Source: Carcharhinus amblyrhynchos (lineage: Eukaryota). From it: a DNA stretch of 64,000 nt. Under the pieces are notes generated by a model that saw only the letters and a list, made by a program, of their open reading frames with translations, searched no databases and was not told the origin of the DNA. Below, piece after piece: positions 1 to 61,649 of this stretch. The stretch spans positions 54,374,001 to 54,438,000 of the forward strand of contig OZ336880.1 of assembly GCA_965287045.1 (NCBI GenBank), given 5' to 3'. Both the position numbers and the translations under genes were made by a program. Positions within the stretch are counted from its first letter, which is position 1; the number at the start of each line of letters is the position of its first letter.

Positions 1-77
1 TCAAGTGTTATTTAATTAAATTAATAACAATTTGGGTCGCTCAAAATAGGTTCATTGATTACTTTATGTTAATGTAT

Positions 78-2120
78 GGGTGGAATCTTGAGCCCAGATT
101 CTGTACATGGGAAAGATGGTGAAAGTTCAAAGTGTGAAAAGTTTGAACAAATGCAAACCTTGTTAGCGAAATCATGTTTTCTAATTTTGGGTCGACCACG
201 CTGGTGGAGGGATGTGAATATGTCGGGGAAGGGGAACCTAATTAGAATGCATTAGCATCTCATCAGCCAGAACTCACTCTGGATATTGAGGCCACATCAA
301 ATATTCAGCAGACACCGACATAATGTCATGCCAGCACCATTTACAACAGCTCTAGATAAGCTTGAACCTGGCGACCTCATGTCCAATGGGAATATCGAAG
401 CTGAGTGCTCAGGCAGCCATTATTTCTTGGGGAGTCCAAGGACAATGCTAGGGACCACACAAGTGCAGCTTGGGGCCAGTGGTGAGGGTCACTATCACCA
501 TCCCGAGGGTGTTGGGGTGCAGTTGCAAGGTGTAGGTGGTCGCTCACAGGTCTTACCTTCCCTTCATATCGAAGCAAGGGGATGTGCTGACGAGCAATCA
601 TGCATAGTTTCCCTACTCCTCCATGCTGGATTAGTGTTCATACAGTACCTGAGTGGGCGCCCTTCCTAGCTGGGAGCTGCAAATTGGGTGAGGGGAGGCT
701 GCAACAGAGGGGCAGTATGTGGGTGACTGAGGTCCTGGAATCCTGCTTTGGGAGAGTCCAGGCTGCAAGGACAATACCGAGATATCAATGATGGGGAGCT
801 ACTCTACCTCATGAGGCATAAAGATTCTCTCACTTGGGGGAGAATGAGTGTAGTGAAACCTTAAAATCCTCATGCTTCAATGCTGTGAGGCCAGAGGGAT
901 TACTGGAAAGGAAATTTAAATCCACTTCTCTGAGAACTCCAAGTCAGGTAGGGCAGAAAAATTGGCATATATGCCTTCATGCAAAGCTATTTAACTGAAC
1001 AGCATTAAAGACCTGGCAGAAGGAGACTGTCCTCTAGGGAAATGGTTGAAAAGCTAATTGCATACCTCTTAGGATTCAGCTGTGACACATCAAGATGACT
1101 GTTGCTACCAGAGCAGACTAACTGACCATTCCTTGAGGAGTCAAGCATGCCAGTTTAATAGCCAGAATTAGATCTTGTTGGGCAGTCTGGAGACAAAAGT
1201 TAACCCTTTGGAATAAAAAGCTCCAAGGATGTAGAAGCATATTTCAAATCAAGCCTCAGCAGTACACAGCTCATACTGTGGCAGACCCCCAGGCAAGCTA
1301 TGATGGTAATAGCTGGCATCATTCACCCTATTCAATGCTATGACTGACACCATCTTTTGAGGTACCCCGTCAGGATGCAGACTTTGTTGTCATGCATTCT
1401 CTCCTGCACTGTACAAAATCAAAACTTACATATCTTTTTGCTGGGGATGGGGTGGAAAATGTATGGGTCAGATGCCTTAAGACAATGGAGGCTCAACACT
1501 CTTCATCCTGCTGGGGTATAGAGGAAGCTAGGTGGGGATGTGGCTGTAGTGTCAGAAGGGGTGGTGTGAGGGGGAGCAGAATTCACAGTATTGAGAATCA
1601 CTGGGGTGGAAGTCCCAGGTGCAAGGAGCAATGAGGGTCAGGGCTCTGTTAGGACCCCTCAGCACTCACTGTGGTGTTCTCGCTCTTTCAGTGCATGATT
1701 CAACAGGATCATGGATCATGTTGAGATGGTGTTTCCAAAGATCAGGACTGAACCAGCAACAGAGACAATGACTTGCTACTGCACGTGGACAGGACCCAGG
1801 GCACCCCAGGGAACCGGCAGTCACTGCAGCTGATAGGTTTTGGACTGGACTGAAACATTAGGCCTGAGATAGGGCTTTCCTACAGGTGGCTGATACTTTC
1901 GCTTTCTTCATGCTGATAGTAGGACCAAAGCTGCTGCATAAATTGGAGTATAAGTCGATGCATGTCCAGCTCTGAACCAGCAGCTAATACAGAGTCATCA
2001 GCCAAATGTAAATCACAAAGTGGGAGAATCCCATCTGATGGATGCTGCTAATGCCAGTGGGAAACCTCCAGGTTTCTCAATGACATACGCAGTTTATCAC
2101 AATTTGGGAGAATTGTGGCC
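78..2120. mobile_element. Degraded PIF/Harbinger-type DNA element
   Basis: Ends gggtggaatctt...gggagaattgtggcc; subterminal sequence resembles 46611-48454; weak GDKS*P (GDKGYP-like) trace near 1188-1210. Confidence 0.4.
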
Positions 2121-2829
2121 TTTGGGGCAACCTTTCCAAAAGTTCTAAGTGCCAAATGAGCATGAAAATTCTCCCTGGGATACCTTCTCTGCAATGTCAC
2201 TGTAGTTGCTGGTCATTTGACCTACTTTTCGTGCCTTATCATTTTTTTCCTTCCTTTTCTGCTGTACATGAGCAGAGCTAGCTCCCAACCTGAAGGCAAG
2301 AAAAACCGTTAATTACACATGTGCAGCCACTTCCTGGTAAGCACATGCATCTAAGGTCCTGAGCTCCAAATGCCTTTTTAAAATGAAATATCACCACATG
2401 TTTCACCACAATAGTGACAATATGTCATTGTGGCAAATCACATGGAGGCAATGTTTGTCCTCTGGTACTTTTCAGATCACCTCACTGCTTTTGTTGAATT
2501 AATCTTGATGTTCACAAGAGATAGAGCCAAAGGCTTCTAGAACAGTGGCATACACTGTATCCTGAAGATCACTGAGACATCCTCAATTCAGTGAGTGTCC
2601 ATTTTCACTCTACACAGGTAAGTCTTGAGATTTTCTGAGAGGGATTTCATGACTATCTGTTGGAACCTCGAGACATTGAACTGCTTCTGGACCTCAATGA
2701 CCTGGGGGCATCTGGGGGATAGATCTCAATGTTTAGTTTTGAAATAGTGTTCAGTCCAGCAGTCAATGCTGCAAATAGCCTTTGTTGCTTGCACATCCTG
2801 CCTGGTCCTCTGCTTTGTGATTACATAGA

Positions 2830-2964
2830 CCATAGAATTCTCCGCTGTTCACGCCTTGCTGCCACTGCCAGCGAGAACGGAGAATTTGGTGTTCAGTCAA
2901 TTCTCCATGAACTGCAGCAGGACCAGAGAATTCCAGCTGCTGCTGAGGTTGGAGAATGCAGCCC
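2830..2964. mobile_element. ~130-bp MITE (family A)
   Basis: attctcc...ggagaatgcagccc ends; reverse-orientation relative at 17301-17429. Confidence 0.6.
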
Positions 2965-3541
2965 ATAGTCAGTTAGATACATCACATTGAACAGGGATCA
3001 ATCCAAGGCATCTTGTTGTCAACAGGGAAGCTGAAATCTTAGACATGACAGAAATTAGGAAATCAATCAATTTTTCCCTTGACTCCTCTGCTTAAAGATG
3101 TGAGTCATACTGACATGCGATTCCACATGAGTGACAACCCTCTGGCACCTCACCTAAATGCGTGACATCATTAAAAAAAGTCCTGAAATACCAGGCAAGA
3201 TGTTACTGCAGGAATTCATTAAGATCTTAAATGGAATACGAATGCATACAGAATGTTGTGAGAAGCTAGGCATAATTCACTAGGGGAGACTTTCCTCATT
3301 CTGCAATTTTTACCCTTGCCAACCAGTCGTGGTAAATCTGACAGGTGTATAGTTGGAATAACAATGGATGCATGAAGCGTGTGGAAGCTCGTCAGTCAAG
3401 CACTCATTTAAAGAGGAAATATTTGGAAGTAATGCATAGTTTAAATGTCAACTGCTAAGGAAATTTTAAATGGAGTTAAAAAGCATAATATTGCAAACCT
3501 GTCTTAACTTATAATCTAAAATTTAGCACTGTGTCTTTCAG

Positions 3542-11139
<7,598 letters not shown>

Positions 11140-12217
11140 AATGATATCAGCGCAAATAAGGGTGTCTCAAACTGTAATTCATAGAAAGAAAAGAATTCAT
11201 GGCTCATAAGATTCTGGCCAAATACATAAACTTAATTGAGGAGATAACTTGACATTGATTTATAATGTTTCTTTCAGAATCTGAAATATGATTCCAAGGA
11301 CAGCACACGTGGGCCTGAATTTTTCACCTTTTGTGTGTGCATACTTAGGTCTGCAGGCAGGTTATGAAGCACACTCCCGGCCACTGTTGGCCCCCAGAGC
11401 CTAATTGCATATTGTCTGGTCAATATATCAGCAGCCAGATTGAAACTTGTGCGGTGAAAGACTGCATGGGAGGGCAAAAAGAAAGCAGGTACCGAGACTT
11501 CCAAAGTGCTCTCTTGGGTGGACACCAGCTGTGGCACTGCCTCAAGATGCTCATGACTTGTGAAAAATAAATACCAACGTAAAAACTATGCCACGAATGT
11601 CAAAGTAGCACAATCATGCACAGACCTCAGTTCCCAGGCACATTAGTTAATTTTATCTGAACTCTGACCTTTCATTCCTGGGTCAAGGTTGCAGCTTAAA
11701 TGTAAAGGCCACTCCTCTGCCAATTGGCCCACCCACAGACCATAAAGGCAGATAGGCAATGTAAAATTCCAGCCAACTGGTTTTTAATTCATTAAAATTG
11801 CCATTTCGATTGTCGGTGGGAACAATTCTGACTCTTTGCAAGCTGCCAATCGAAATAGGCTGCGAGAAGTTAGAGATCCAAGGAATCAGCCACAGGATGT
11901 GCACCCGATGTCACACATACACTTCTGGGTCGTGCAAGCACCCAAACTTTGGGCTTATATTCCTGACTATAATTTCACAAAAATACCATAGATTGAGGTG
12001 TATTAAGTTGACTTCTGAAGCCTCCAAAAATCTTTCCAAAAACAGGGATTAATTTAAATACCGAGTATAATATGTCAACAGTCAGTGTGGGTAGTCACCA
12101 TTTAGAAATGTGAAAAAAACAGCCATTCATATTAATGTGGCACAGTTTATTGAATGAATTAATTGCAAAAATATACCTTAAAACACAATGAAGCATTCTA
12201 AAATCATCAAATTCATT

Positions 12218-12342
12218 GGGTGGGATTTTCCAGCCGTGCTCACTCCAAGATCGGAAAATCCTGCCCGAAGTCAACGGACCACTGCATGGTCCTGTCCCGC
12301 CCACTACAATTCCGGTGGCGGGCGGGTTGGAAAAATTCACCC
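12218..12342. mobile_element. 125-bp MITE (family B)
   Basis: TIRs gggtgggattttcc / ggaaaaattcaccc, TSD att; relatives at 48633-48745, 56154-56272 and 60816-60940 share gtcaac(g/t)gac...catggt. Confidence 0.75.
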
Positions 12343-12617
12343 ATTGCCTTCAGCATCAAATGAAAAGAGTTCATCTAATTTATTCTGTGTCACTTTGACT
12401 ATGGTATTGGTGAAACCCTCTCTAAAGCAGATTTGGCACTTATACTTTTGGGATCACCCCTCCACAACAAATCATCTTCCTCTCCATCCACAGAATTGGA
12501 TATTTCCCATTTTCTGAACAAAAGTTGCATCCTTCATACCGATTCCACCCATCATAAGAAGATGATAAGACATAGGAACAGAAGTAGGCCTTTCAGCCCT
12601 TTGAGCCAAAGCTCATT

Positions 12618-13435
12618 GGGGGTGATCCTGAGCCCATATTCACTGTCCGTGCAAATGCCTGTTGGGGGTTCAACATATGGAATTTGCAGCTCACATCATC
12701 GAATACACAATTTCAGACCTTCCCCACCCGTTGCTGGCAATGTCATCAGGTTTATGCCCATAATGGACGTAAACCTGCCCTACATTGATTTGTACGTATT
12801 TAAATATTATTAACCCATACCCTTGCCAGCACATCAGCATGGTTTACAACAGGTTCATACGGTTGCAAACCTGTCATGGAGGTCCTCTCAGGGATGCAAA
12901 AGTAAATGTAGGGGGAAGGACATGGCCAGACAATGGCCTGGCATTGTTCCTTGGCAAGTGTTGACACTGCCAGTTTGGCACCAGCCCATGCCAGTTTGGT
13001 ACTGCCAACTTGGCAGTGCTAACATACCAGGTGTGGGCTCCAGCAGGAGCCTCAGGTGGGGCCAAGAGTGGACGAAGGAGCAGGGGATACTGCCAATAGC
13101 TGTTGCGGGGGGGGGGGGGGGGGGGGGGGGGGGAGGGGCCAGTGGTCTGGAGGAGAAGGGACCAACTCCAATCGGGGATGGGGGGGCAGCCCCTGAGACC
13201 ACCGAGGTGTGTTGGAGGGAGGTTTATACAGGCTATGACCTGTAAAGATGGGAGCTGAATTTTGCTGGCATCTTTAGGCCCCACACCCTTCCATATGATG
13301 GTATGAAACACGTCCCCTTGACTTATTTTTGGCAGCGTGTCATAAAATCTGGGAAGAAATCTGACCTATTGCTCTGGAGGGAAACACACCAATTTGTCTC
13401 ATTGGAAACAACACTGCATTTTTTGGTAAGATTTA
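12618..13435. mobile_element. Non-autonomous GC-rich TIR element containing a G27 run
   Basis: ggcactgcc-like motifs; poly-G at 13107-13133; interrupts a CR1 3' end (12560-12610 and 13440 onward). Confidence 0.55.
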
Positions 13436-13439
13436 GTGA

Positions 13440-14390
13440 ACTAAGTCCACTTTCCTGCCTTCTCTCCATAATGCTTAATTCCCCTACTGACTAAAAACCT
13501 ATAGATCTCAGCCTTGAAAATGTTCAAGGACTCAGCCTCCACAGCCTCCTGGGGATAAAGAATTCCAAAGATTCACTATTCTTTGAAGAAATTCTTTCTC
13601 AAAGGCACCTTAAATGAGCATCTTATTCTGCGTCTATGATCTCTGGTCTGACACTCTCCCATGAGTGGAAACATCCTCTCAACATTTACCCTGTCTAACC
13701 ACCTAAGAATCTTATATATTTTAATCACATCACCTCTCATTCCTCTGAACTCCTAGGAGTACAGACCCAACCTTTCCTATCTTCCTTAAGTGGCAGTCTG
13801 TCCATACTTGGGATCATCCTAGTATGTCCCTTTGTACTGCCTCCAATGATAATATGTTTTTTTAAATAATGGGGCAAAAGCTGTACACAGTACTCTAAAT
13901 ATGGCCTCACTTGTACCTTGTACAGTTGCAGCAACACCTCTTTACTTTTATAATCCAGCTCTCTTGAAATAAAAGCTAGTACTCCATTTGCTTTGCCTAT
14001 TACCTTCTGCACAGGTATGCTAATTTTCTGGGTTTAAGCTCCCAAGTCCCCTCATGCTATAGCTTTCTGTAGTAGCTTTCCATTTAAATAATAATCAGCC
14101 TTCTCATTCTTTCTTCCAAAATGAACAATCTCACATTTTCCCACATTGAATATCATTTGCCAATTTTTTGCCCACTCAACCTGTCAATATCTTTCTGTAA
14201 ACTATTTATATCCTTACAATCTGCCTTCCCTCCCACGTTTGGCCACAGTTCCTTCTTCCAAATCATTAATACATATTGTGAAGTGCCCAGCACCAATCCC
14301 TGTGGCACTCCACTGGCTACTACACTCCAATCTGAGAAAGACCCCTAATTGCTATTCACTGCTTCCTGCTAGTTATCGATCCATACCTTC
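13440..14390 (-). mobile_element. CR1 LINE ORF2 fragment
   Basis: Minus ORF QKVIGKANGVLAFISRELDYKSKEVLLQLYKVQVRPYLEYCVQ, a classic CR1 RT tail. Confidence 0.88.
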
Positions 14391-15175
14391 ACTCCATCCT
14401 CATCTACCCAAACATTGTCAAGGCCATTCACAAAAACTGCTGCAGCAAACATGAATTTACATTTGAAAATTACCATAAGCTCTAATTTTGTTCAGCCAGC
14501 CATGAAGATTAGTACCACTGTGAATTTTGTTTTCTCATGTCCTGCCTTTTTCACTAGAACTGTTTTCAAACCTTTCCAATCCACAGTTTTGGCCGTTGGG
14601 TATATGGAAATTCATGGTTACTTCATCTATATTGATGGTGTGACTTAACAGTTACTTGTATTTTTGTCATTGTCTGATGATGAATCACTGGAAACTGGCC
14701 ATTTTGGTACCAAGGTCTCTTGGTAGTCTCCAAGCAATCTTGGTCTATGTCACAATATCAGCTGTTTTGGCTTATAAAGTTGTAACACTAACTAGCTTTT
14801 GGTCTGAAATCTTTGCTGGACTTGGGGTTTGATTTGGCTCACTTAGCACAGATATAGGCATTGCATTTCTGATGGCAACATAATCATTCTGACAATTTTC
14901 AGGGACTCATTCCAATCCATGATTCTCAAGATCAGGCCAGTGACTCGTCCCTCTTCTAATAGCACATTTGATCTTGGGCATCTTCTTCAATTCTCATGCC
15001 ACTTTTTCACAGACATAAAATTCCCTCATTTATAGCACAGTTACTTCAGAAGTTACAACTTTTTGAGTAAAAGCTTCGTACTTCATTCTTTTTGTTGGAG
15101 AAACCATTTCTGTTTGCACTCATCATGCCACACTTGGACTCCTCTGTGTGGATATGTCTTAAACTCCTACACATC

Positions 15176-16265
15176 GGGGGCGATTCTCCCATCCCGCTGC
15201 ACTAATCTTTTAGCACAGCAGGCTGGGGAATCGCGTGGGGAGGGTGCCATTTGCGGGATTCCTGTGAGAGTTCGTGCCCCACAAGCATCTCCCAATTGTT
15301 TCCTTGCGTGGTCTTCTCCGTGCCAAAAAGCAGCAGGGAGGTCGGATTAGTATTTAAATGATATTTTACATGTCATTTAAACGCTATGCGCGGGCCTGGT
15401 ACTAAATTCTCTGGGCCTGCTAGCCTTTCCCACTTGCCAGATTTCATTCTAGCTAGGATTACACAAGCTACCTACTTTTGGGAGCTGGCAGCCTGACTCC
15501 ACTGGAGTGGGGGGGGGGGGCGCAATGAGAGCCCCTCAGCAGGGGGTGAGATGGCGCGGGGATGTCCCTAGGTTATGGGCACCCTGGCAGTGCCAGCCTG
15601 TGCCCCCAGTGCTGCCCAAGGGGTAAGGTGCCCTTGTCTGGGGTCCCCTTGGTACTACGAAGGGGGCAGAGCCTACTGGGGTGGGACGTAGGGCATGGGG
15701 CCTGGGCCTAGGGGGCAATCAGCGGGGGTGAGGAATCCCACTGCCACTTTGCCTACAGATCGATAGGAGCAAGAAGGAAACCAGCGATCGGTGCTGGCTG
15801 GGGGTGGGGGAGAGGTCTGCTGGGGGTAGGGGGTTTGGGGTGGGGAGGGGGAGTAGTGAGGGGTCTGCAGGGAGGAGTCTGCAGTGCTGGGGGGATGGAG
15901 AAGCTGTAGATCAGGGTAGTCCGAGATGGGGAATGGGTGCCAGGAATGGTCAGGGGGCTGTGATCAGGCCACGGAGGGTTTGGGGGGACCAGCACTGTGG
16001 GGGTCCCGGGCTGGCCAGTGGGCAAGCTGGCCAGCAAACGGAAGGCTGACTGTTTGGAGCCAGTGTGCATGCGTAGAGGCCCACTGGCTTCAGCCTCCCA
16101 GGTGGGAATAGGCCCCGCCCCCTGAAATTTAATGATATTCATGCTGGTGGCTTCTGATTGCACAGAGTGTAGGAGATTCTAGTCTGAACTCTGAAAAAAA
16201 AGCATGAATTACTCCAGTTTTCCCGCAAATTCAACACTGAGAATTTTTTTGGAAAAATTCCGTCC
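15176..16265. mobile_element. Non-autonomous TIR element (inverted relative of 8512-9654)
   Basis: Ends gggggcgattctccc / ggaaaaattccgtcc with 3-bp TSD atc; G-rich core. Confidence 0.75.
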
Positions 16266-16799
16266 ATCATCTTCTAAATGCAGGGAGGTTTCAGGACCTT
16301 ACAGTACTATAAATGGATCTTGTTACTTGTGATATGATTATCAATGACATGCAAATGCCTTACTAATCACAATGTATTTATGATACATTAATGGCATAAC
16401 GCAATTTTCAAATATAGCAGGTCCCATTTGACAATTTAAATGAATTTAATAAGAATGGCATATTTTTACAATTGCTGCTAAATATCTGGCAGAATTGATA
16501 TTTTTAATTAAAAGTAAATGCAGTTACCTTAATATGCTTTTTGCTTTCATATAAAATGAAGTATTTTCACTCTCAAGCATGGGAGATATATTATGCATCA
16601 TTTTATACAAAATATCCACAAGTCAGAATGCAATCAGCTCATGAGATCTTTAAGGTCATTTATAATACAATAATCCTACTAAATATTTGAAAATTAAACC
16701 AAATATGTAGTAATATTTACAGTATTAACAACTCTTTTATATCCAAATCCTAGTAAAAAGGGATTCAACTATTTACACTCAAGGTTAAAACAAAATTCA

Positions 16800-16900
16800 G
16801 AACTAAAATACTACAGATGCTGGTAATCTGAAAGAAAATGAGAAACCCAAGGAAATCCTGAGCAGCCTCACAGCATCTGTGGAGAGAGAAACAGGGTTAA
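16800..16900 (+). mobile_element. Penelope-like terminal-repeat fragment
   Basis: aaatactacagatgctggtaatctgaaa...cagcatctgtggagagagaaacag; same family at 30128-30257, 43716-43892 and 59118-59150. Confidence 0.55.
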
Positions 16901-17300
16901 TAGCTGCAATCTTGAGCCTCCCCCATGGTGAGTTTGGTAACAAGGTTGCACTTAACCATATGGAAGGGTGGCAGGTCAGGATCCTCAGCTGAATGAATTG
17001 GGTGAATTGAATTTACGACAGTGAACTAATACTCAAGGAAGCAGAGCTCCCATTCTGATGCAGGGCATTTACTTGAAACATTAACTCTGGCAACATCTTT
17101 TCCTCATTCTAGGTTGTGCTGCTGCTGACACAATAATTGGGTCCTGAGTCAAAGCAGACAGATAGCAGGACTCTTGAGTGGAATATTACAGCCGCTGCTT
17201 GACCGTCATACAATTGAGCACAGTGCTATGCCTCTCAGGGCTGCTGACCCAATCAGATGGTTGGCAACTTGGCAACAGTATCAATAAAGAAAAAGAAGGT

Positions 17301-17429
17301 GACTGGGATTCTCCAACCTCTTCTACAGTTGGAATTCTCCAGTTGCGCTGCTGAGAACGAAGATTTGGCTAAGCGCCAAATTCTCCATTCTTGCTGGCAG
17401 CAGTGGCTGAACACTGGAGAATTACAGTC
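17301..17429. mobile_element. ~130-bp MITE (family A)
   Basis: gactgggattctcc...ggagaattacagtc TIRs; reverse relative of 2830-2964. Confidence 0.65.
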
Positions 17430-18379
17430 AATGTTTTCATGTTGATGCACCCTTGAAAACTGGGTAGGATTCTGATTTAATGTTTTAGTGCCAGGGAAGC
17501 AAGTCCTCATGATCAGAGGGGTAAATCCTCCAGCAGCATCTTCATAACCAATAGAAATGGCCACTGTCATTGAGGGATGCTCCATGGGCCGTGGTGTTGC
17601 TGCAAAGGAAGGCTTCAACCATACACCCCTTCCCACAATTGCCCATTCAACCATAATCTGTCCACAACTCTCAGACTCCAACACCCTATTTGCAATCCCA
17701 TACCCCAGAACCATTCTTTTAGTTTCTACATAGTCCTTTTGGATCACTTAAGCCTTGTTTATTGGTTCTGTCATGTTAATAATCTCCATATAAACCTGCA
17801 AATTCAAACTGTTTCTTCACTTTCTACCATTGATCTTCATCAGCCGAGTTAGTTACCTATCTTTGTTCCCCTGCAGTCTTTCACTGCCTTTATCAAGATG
17901 TGTCGTGTTCTTCAATTTGATGTCATCAGCAAATTGCTTCAGTTCCTAAATCCAGATTATTTATGGAGCAAACAAGACAACCTGCTCTTACTTATATTTT
18001 ATCATTAATAGGAGCAGTACTTATCTTGTGGAATAACACAGATCATACATTCCTATTCCTGATAACTCCTGTTAACCCCACTACTGGAAATTTATCCATG
18101 TGGCCATTTTTTTGCTACTCTTTCAAATAATTCAATAGGGTTGGCTATCTTGAGTAATTAGTCAGCTTTGAATTACCTTATACCATGTAACCTTGGATTA
18201 AAATTGTTTTCTAATACAATTTTTTCTATGTTGGACCTACTTTAAGTCACAAGAAAAAGATCCTTAAGGGAGCTGCCCAATACATTCGACATAAAAACTA
18301 GATAACTGGCACAGATAACTTGAAGACATGAACTAATTGCTACTTTACACGAAAAAAATAGTGCTAACCTTGAGTAAAT

Positions 18380-58420
<40,041 letters not shown>

Positions 58421-59469
58421 CTTTAAAAAGAAAAATCACTAAATTATATTGTGTTTTGGCAGTAATTATTCATTTTATCAGGCATATTATTAACATTCAA
58501 TAATCATTTATGGTACCTGCAGTGTCAATAAAGATTGCTGAGTAGGAGAGGGAACTTCAGGACCATGAAAAGGGGTGTTAGAGGAAGGAGCTGTTTAGTA
58601 GATATCCTGAGCTTACGATATTAGGAAATTTGTAGATTTTCACATTTATTTATTAAAGGTAAAGGGAAAAGAAGTCAAAAAAGGAGATGCTGGTGTAGAA
58701 AAATGTTTGGAGATGCATAAGGAGAATTTGAGGTGAAAAACCTAAAATGGTTAAAGTAGATGGATGGATAGACAAATGGAATAACTGGAAACAAGAGTGT
58801 CTTAGCAGGGATATGAATAGGTTAATTTTTACCCAGCCTGCTCATCGAAAACAATGGGATTAGTGAATCACTGACTTTTGCACCCCTGCCCAGAATTGCT
58901 CTCCATTAACTTCAATGGAGAAAAAAAATTATCTGGTGAATAAAGAAGTGTTGCACCCAATCTTGCAGTTTCCCAGTGGGCAGATTAACTTGTCCCTGAA
59001 GAGTTTTAAGCAGAAGCAAGCAACTACTGAGTAAATAAATGAAGAAGGGCAATATTGTGGTTGGTGGTGGATCAGAATAGACTGAGGTTACGTAAAATAA
59101 AGACGGAAAATAAAATCCAAATACTGTGGATGCTGGAAATCTGAAATATAAGCAGCACTGTCTATTTCTATATTGTATAAAGGTGGAGCGTCTTTAAGCT
59201 GGATTTTAATTGCCAGACCTGCTTACGCTGGAGGTGCTTGGCAACATGTTGAGAACCTGGAAATGTCAACAGCAAAGTGCTCAGCCAAATCTCTATTCAC
59301 TGCAGTGGGACTGCAGAATCCCATCTACGGGTGAGATCAGAGAATCCGGCCTTTTGCTGCATTTAATGAAATATAACCACTGTCACCAATAAGGATTATC
59401 ACTTTGAATCATTAGGGTACTTGAGAATGAAAAGTAAAAGCATTAATTGATTCTGGTATCCCGAAATCC

Positions 59470-60090
59470 AACACCACTATCTTCTAAAAACCCTTACTTC
59501 TGCATACCAAAGAATAGCCCCAGAACTGTCCAGACACACGAATCACATCTTCAGCATCCTGTTGGTTTGCTCAGTGACAACTCTATCATCAATAGAAGGA
59601 TTCCTTAGAGGGTAGCCCTTGTTTCCAAGTAGCCATTTGCTGATTCTGCTTGGAGGTATGAATATCGTGGGGCATTTGACTAGAAGAGGGTTATGGCATT
59701 ATGGCAGCTTCCTGGTTACCTTGCACAAACATGCGTGATGATCTTTCTGTGATGGAACATTCATGGAGTGGAATTCCTTTCAGTCAATAAATACTGATTT
59801 GTGACCTAAGAGAACCTTGACTGCAACATGTGCGAAATCTATGTATTCTTGGACGTGGGAATACAGTCAGTGCAGAAAATCTAAAGGCCCTCTTATTCTG
59901 ACCAGCATCATGAGAAGCAAAGTGCACTCAGGTGCTGCCCTGCCAAACATGGATGGCACCCATTCAGCACTTTGAAGATTGTGAGATCCCACAAATGTTA
60001 TTAGCAGACCCCCAGAAGAAGCCAGAGGAGGAGGTGAAGAAATAAACTGCTGTGGTGCCCTTAACTGCCACAAACCATGTATGCCCACCT
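59470..60090 (-). pseudogene. Decayed PIF/Harbinger (HARBI1-like) DDE transposase
   Basis: Minus-strand fragments in the expected order: VAVKGTTAVYFF..ICGISQS, VQEYIDFAHVAVK, KEFHSMNV, HVCAR*PGSCHNA, KWLLGNKGYPL, VTEQTNRMLKM*FVCLDSSGG. Confidence 0.8.
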
Positions 60091-61516
60091 GGTTCACTTG
60101 GAAGGATGCCATATTTCAAGGGGCTGCAAATGTCAGCAACCATCTGATGGAGAAAGCTGAGCCTCTGGGATACTGGTATTCAGCCAAATCCAGAAAGCTC
60201 TGTGTTAAGGGTATCATTCCTGTGAGCTGGAGCTCTGTGCCTCATTTCATCTGTTTGCTGGAGCAGCAGGTCAGAGACAAAAAGACTGCTGCTGCTTCTG
60301 TTGCTGCAGGTATTTCTAATGCTGCTCTTGCTCCTCATCAGAGGTCCAGATAGAGTTAATTAAGTAGTTCCCATGTTGCTGTGAGGGCTAACAGCTGGGT
60401 GACAGCTTGGAAATGCAGATCAACAGTGAAAACTCAAAATGGCAGAAATGATCTCTAAAATTTTGAAACAAAAACAGAAAATGCTGGAAAATTTGCATCC
60501 TCAGTCTGTTGCTGTTATCCAAAATAATGAAACTCATCTTCAAAACAGTTAAAGCATATTCTTATTACAAGTCCTGTGACTAAAAACCTTTAACTTAAGG
60601 TAGGAAGCAGTTGTAATATATCTTCGTACTTAAAGCTCTTCTTGCTTTTCGATTACACAGCCTGTCAGTCTCTGCTGTCCTCTTCTCACCTTGTTTTACT
60701 CAGTAAATTTCAGGAAGTCCAGGAAACTCATGTGCTCAGAGTTAAAAGAATCCTGGGTTAAAACAGCTGTTTAACATATTTAAACCTCTGACCTGCCTGT
60801 AATGGGATAGTAGATGGGCAGCGTTTTCTGGCCGCACTCATCCCAAAGCCAGAAAATCCCATCTGAAGTCAACTGACATTTCATGGTTCCTGCCTCATTC
60901 GCTACGATTCCTGTGGTGGGTGGGGCAGGAAAATTTCTTCAATATGTAAATTAAGATTGAATGACTATAAATTACTATAAAAACTAAAGGGGAGGGGAAA
61001 GAAAATTTAAGGTATAGACTGAAATTGCAAAGGATGAGGGACTAAATCCTCACCACGTCTATTATTAGCTTAAAATACATACAGATATGCCCACTGCTTT
61101 CTCTAAAAAAAATTAAAACTGCACAAATTCTTAAAATGGCTGAATCTATGTCTGCTGGTGAGCTTTGAATAAACAAAGTTACTTGACATTATCAGGAAAA
61201 TCACATTCCATTATCTCTCACAAATGACACACATTGTGGGCTGCACTGAACAAATTCAAAGAGAGCTATACAAAGGCCATCTGCATTTTATAACCCAGGC
61301 TGGCCAATAGGAGTCTGCTAGGCTGCTAAGACAACCGGCCCTGCAACTTTCCTTTTAATTCTTAGTGGTTGAGACATTTGACAATCTTGGGGACCTACAC
61401 GAGGGATACATGAGCTTTGTCAAAGGCAGCGTGGAGAGATGGGTGTCATGTGGCAAGGCCTCTGATATGTGGAACCAGTAATATTGTCTTGTGAAACTGC
61501 AAAGTCAGTCTGCCAT

Positions 61517-61645
61517 TTTCTCCAGAGCACCTGGAGAAAACCCACGCAAGCACAGGGAGAATGCATAAACTCCCACAGACACTGGCCCAAATCCATGTGT
61601 CTGCACAGCAAACAGTGATAGTCACTGAGCTGTCGTGTTGCCCAG
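61517..61645 (-). mobile_element. Degraded tRNA-derived SINE 5' part
   Basis: Minus gagtttatgcattctccctgtgcttgcgtgggttttctccaggtgctctgg matches the SINE central domain. Confidence 0.6.
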
Positions 61646-61649
61646 CATC

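Noticed and set aside
2476-2617. Possible upstream UPP2 exon (ttttcag...CAG|gtaagt)
   Set aside because: Good-looking splice sites, but no resemblance to the expected UPP N-terminal peptide (NPxL...DxLYH...MFGDVK) and a frame-shifting length of 142 nt; at most a cryptic exon.
14670-14700. CTGATGA...GAAAC hammerhead-like motif
   Set aside because: No convincing stem II or flanking stems I/III.
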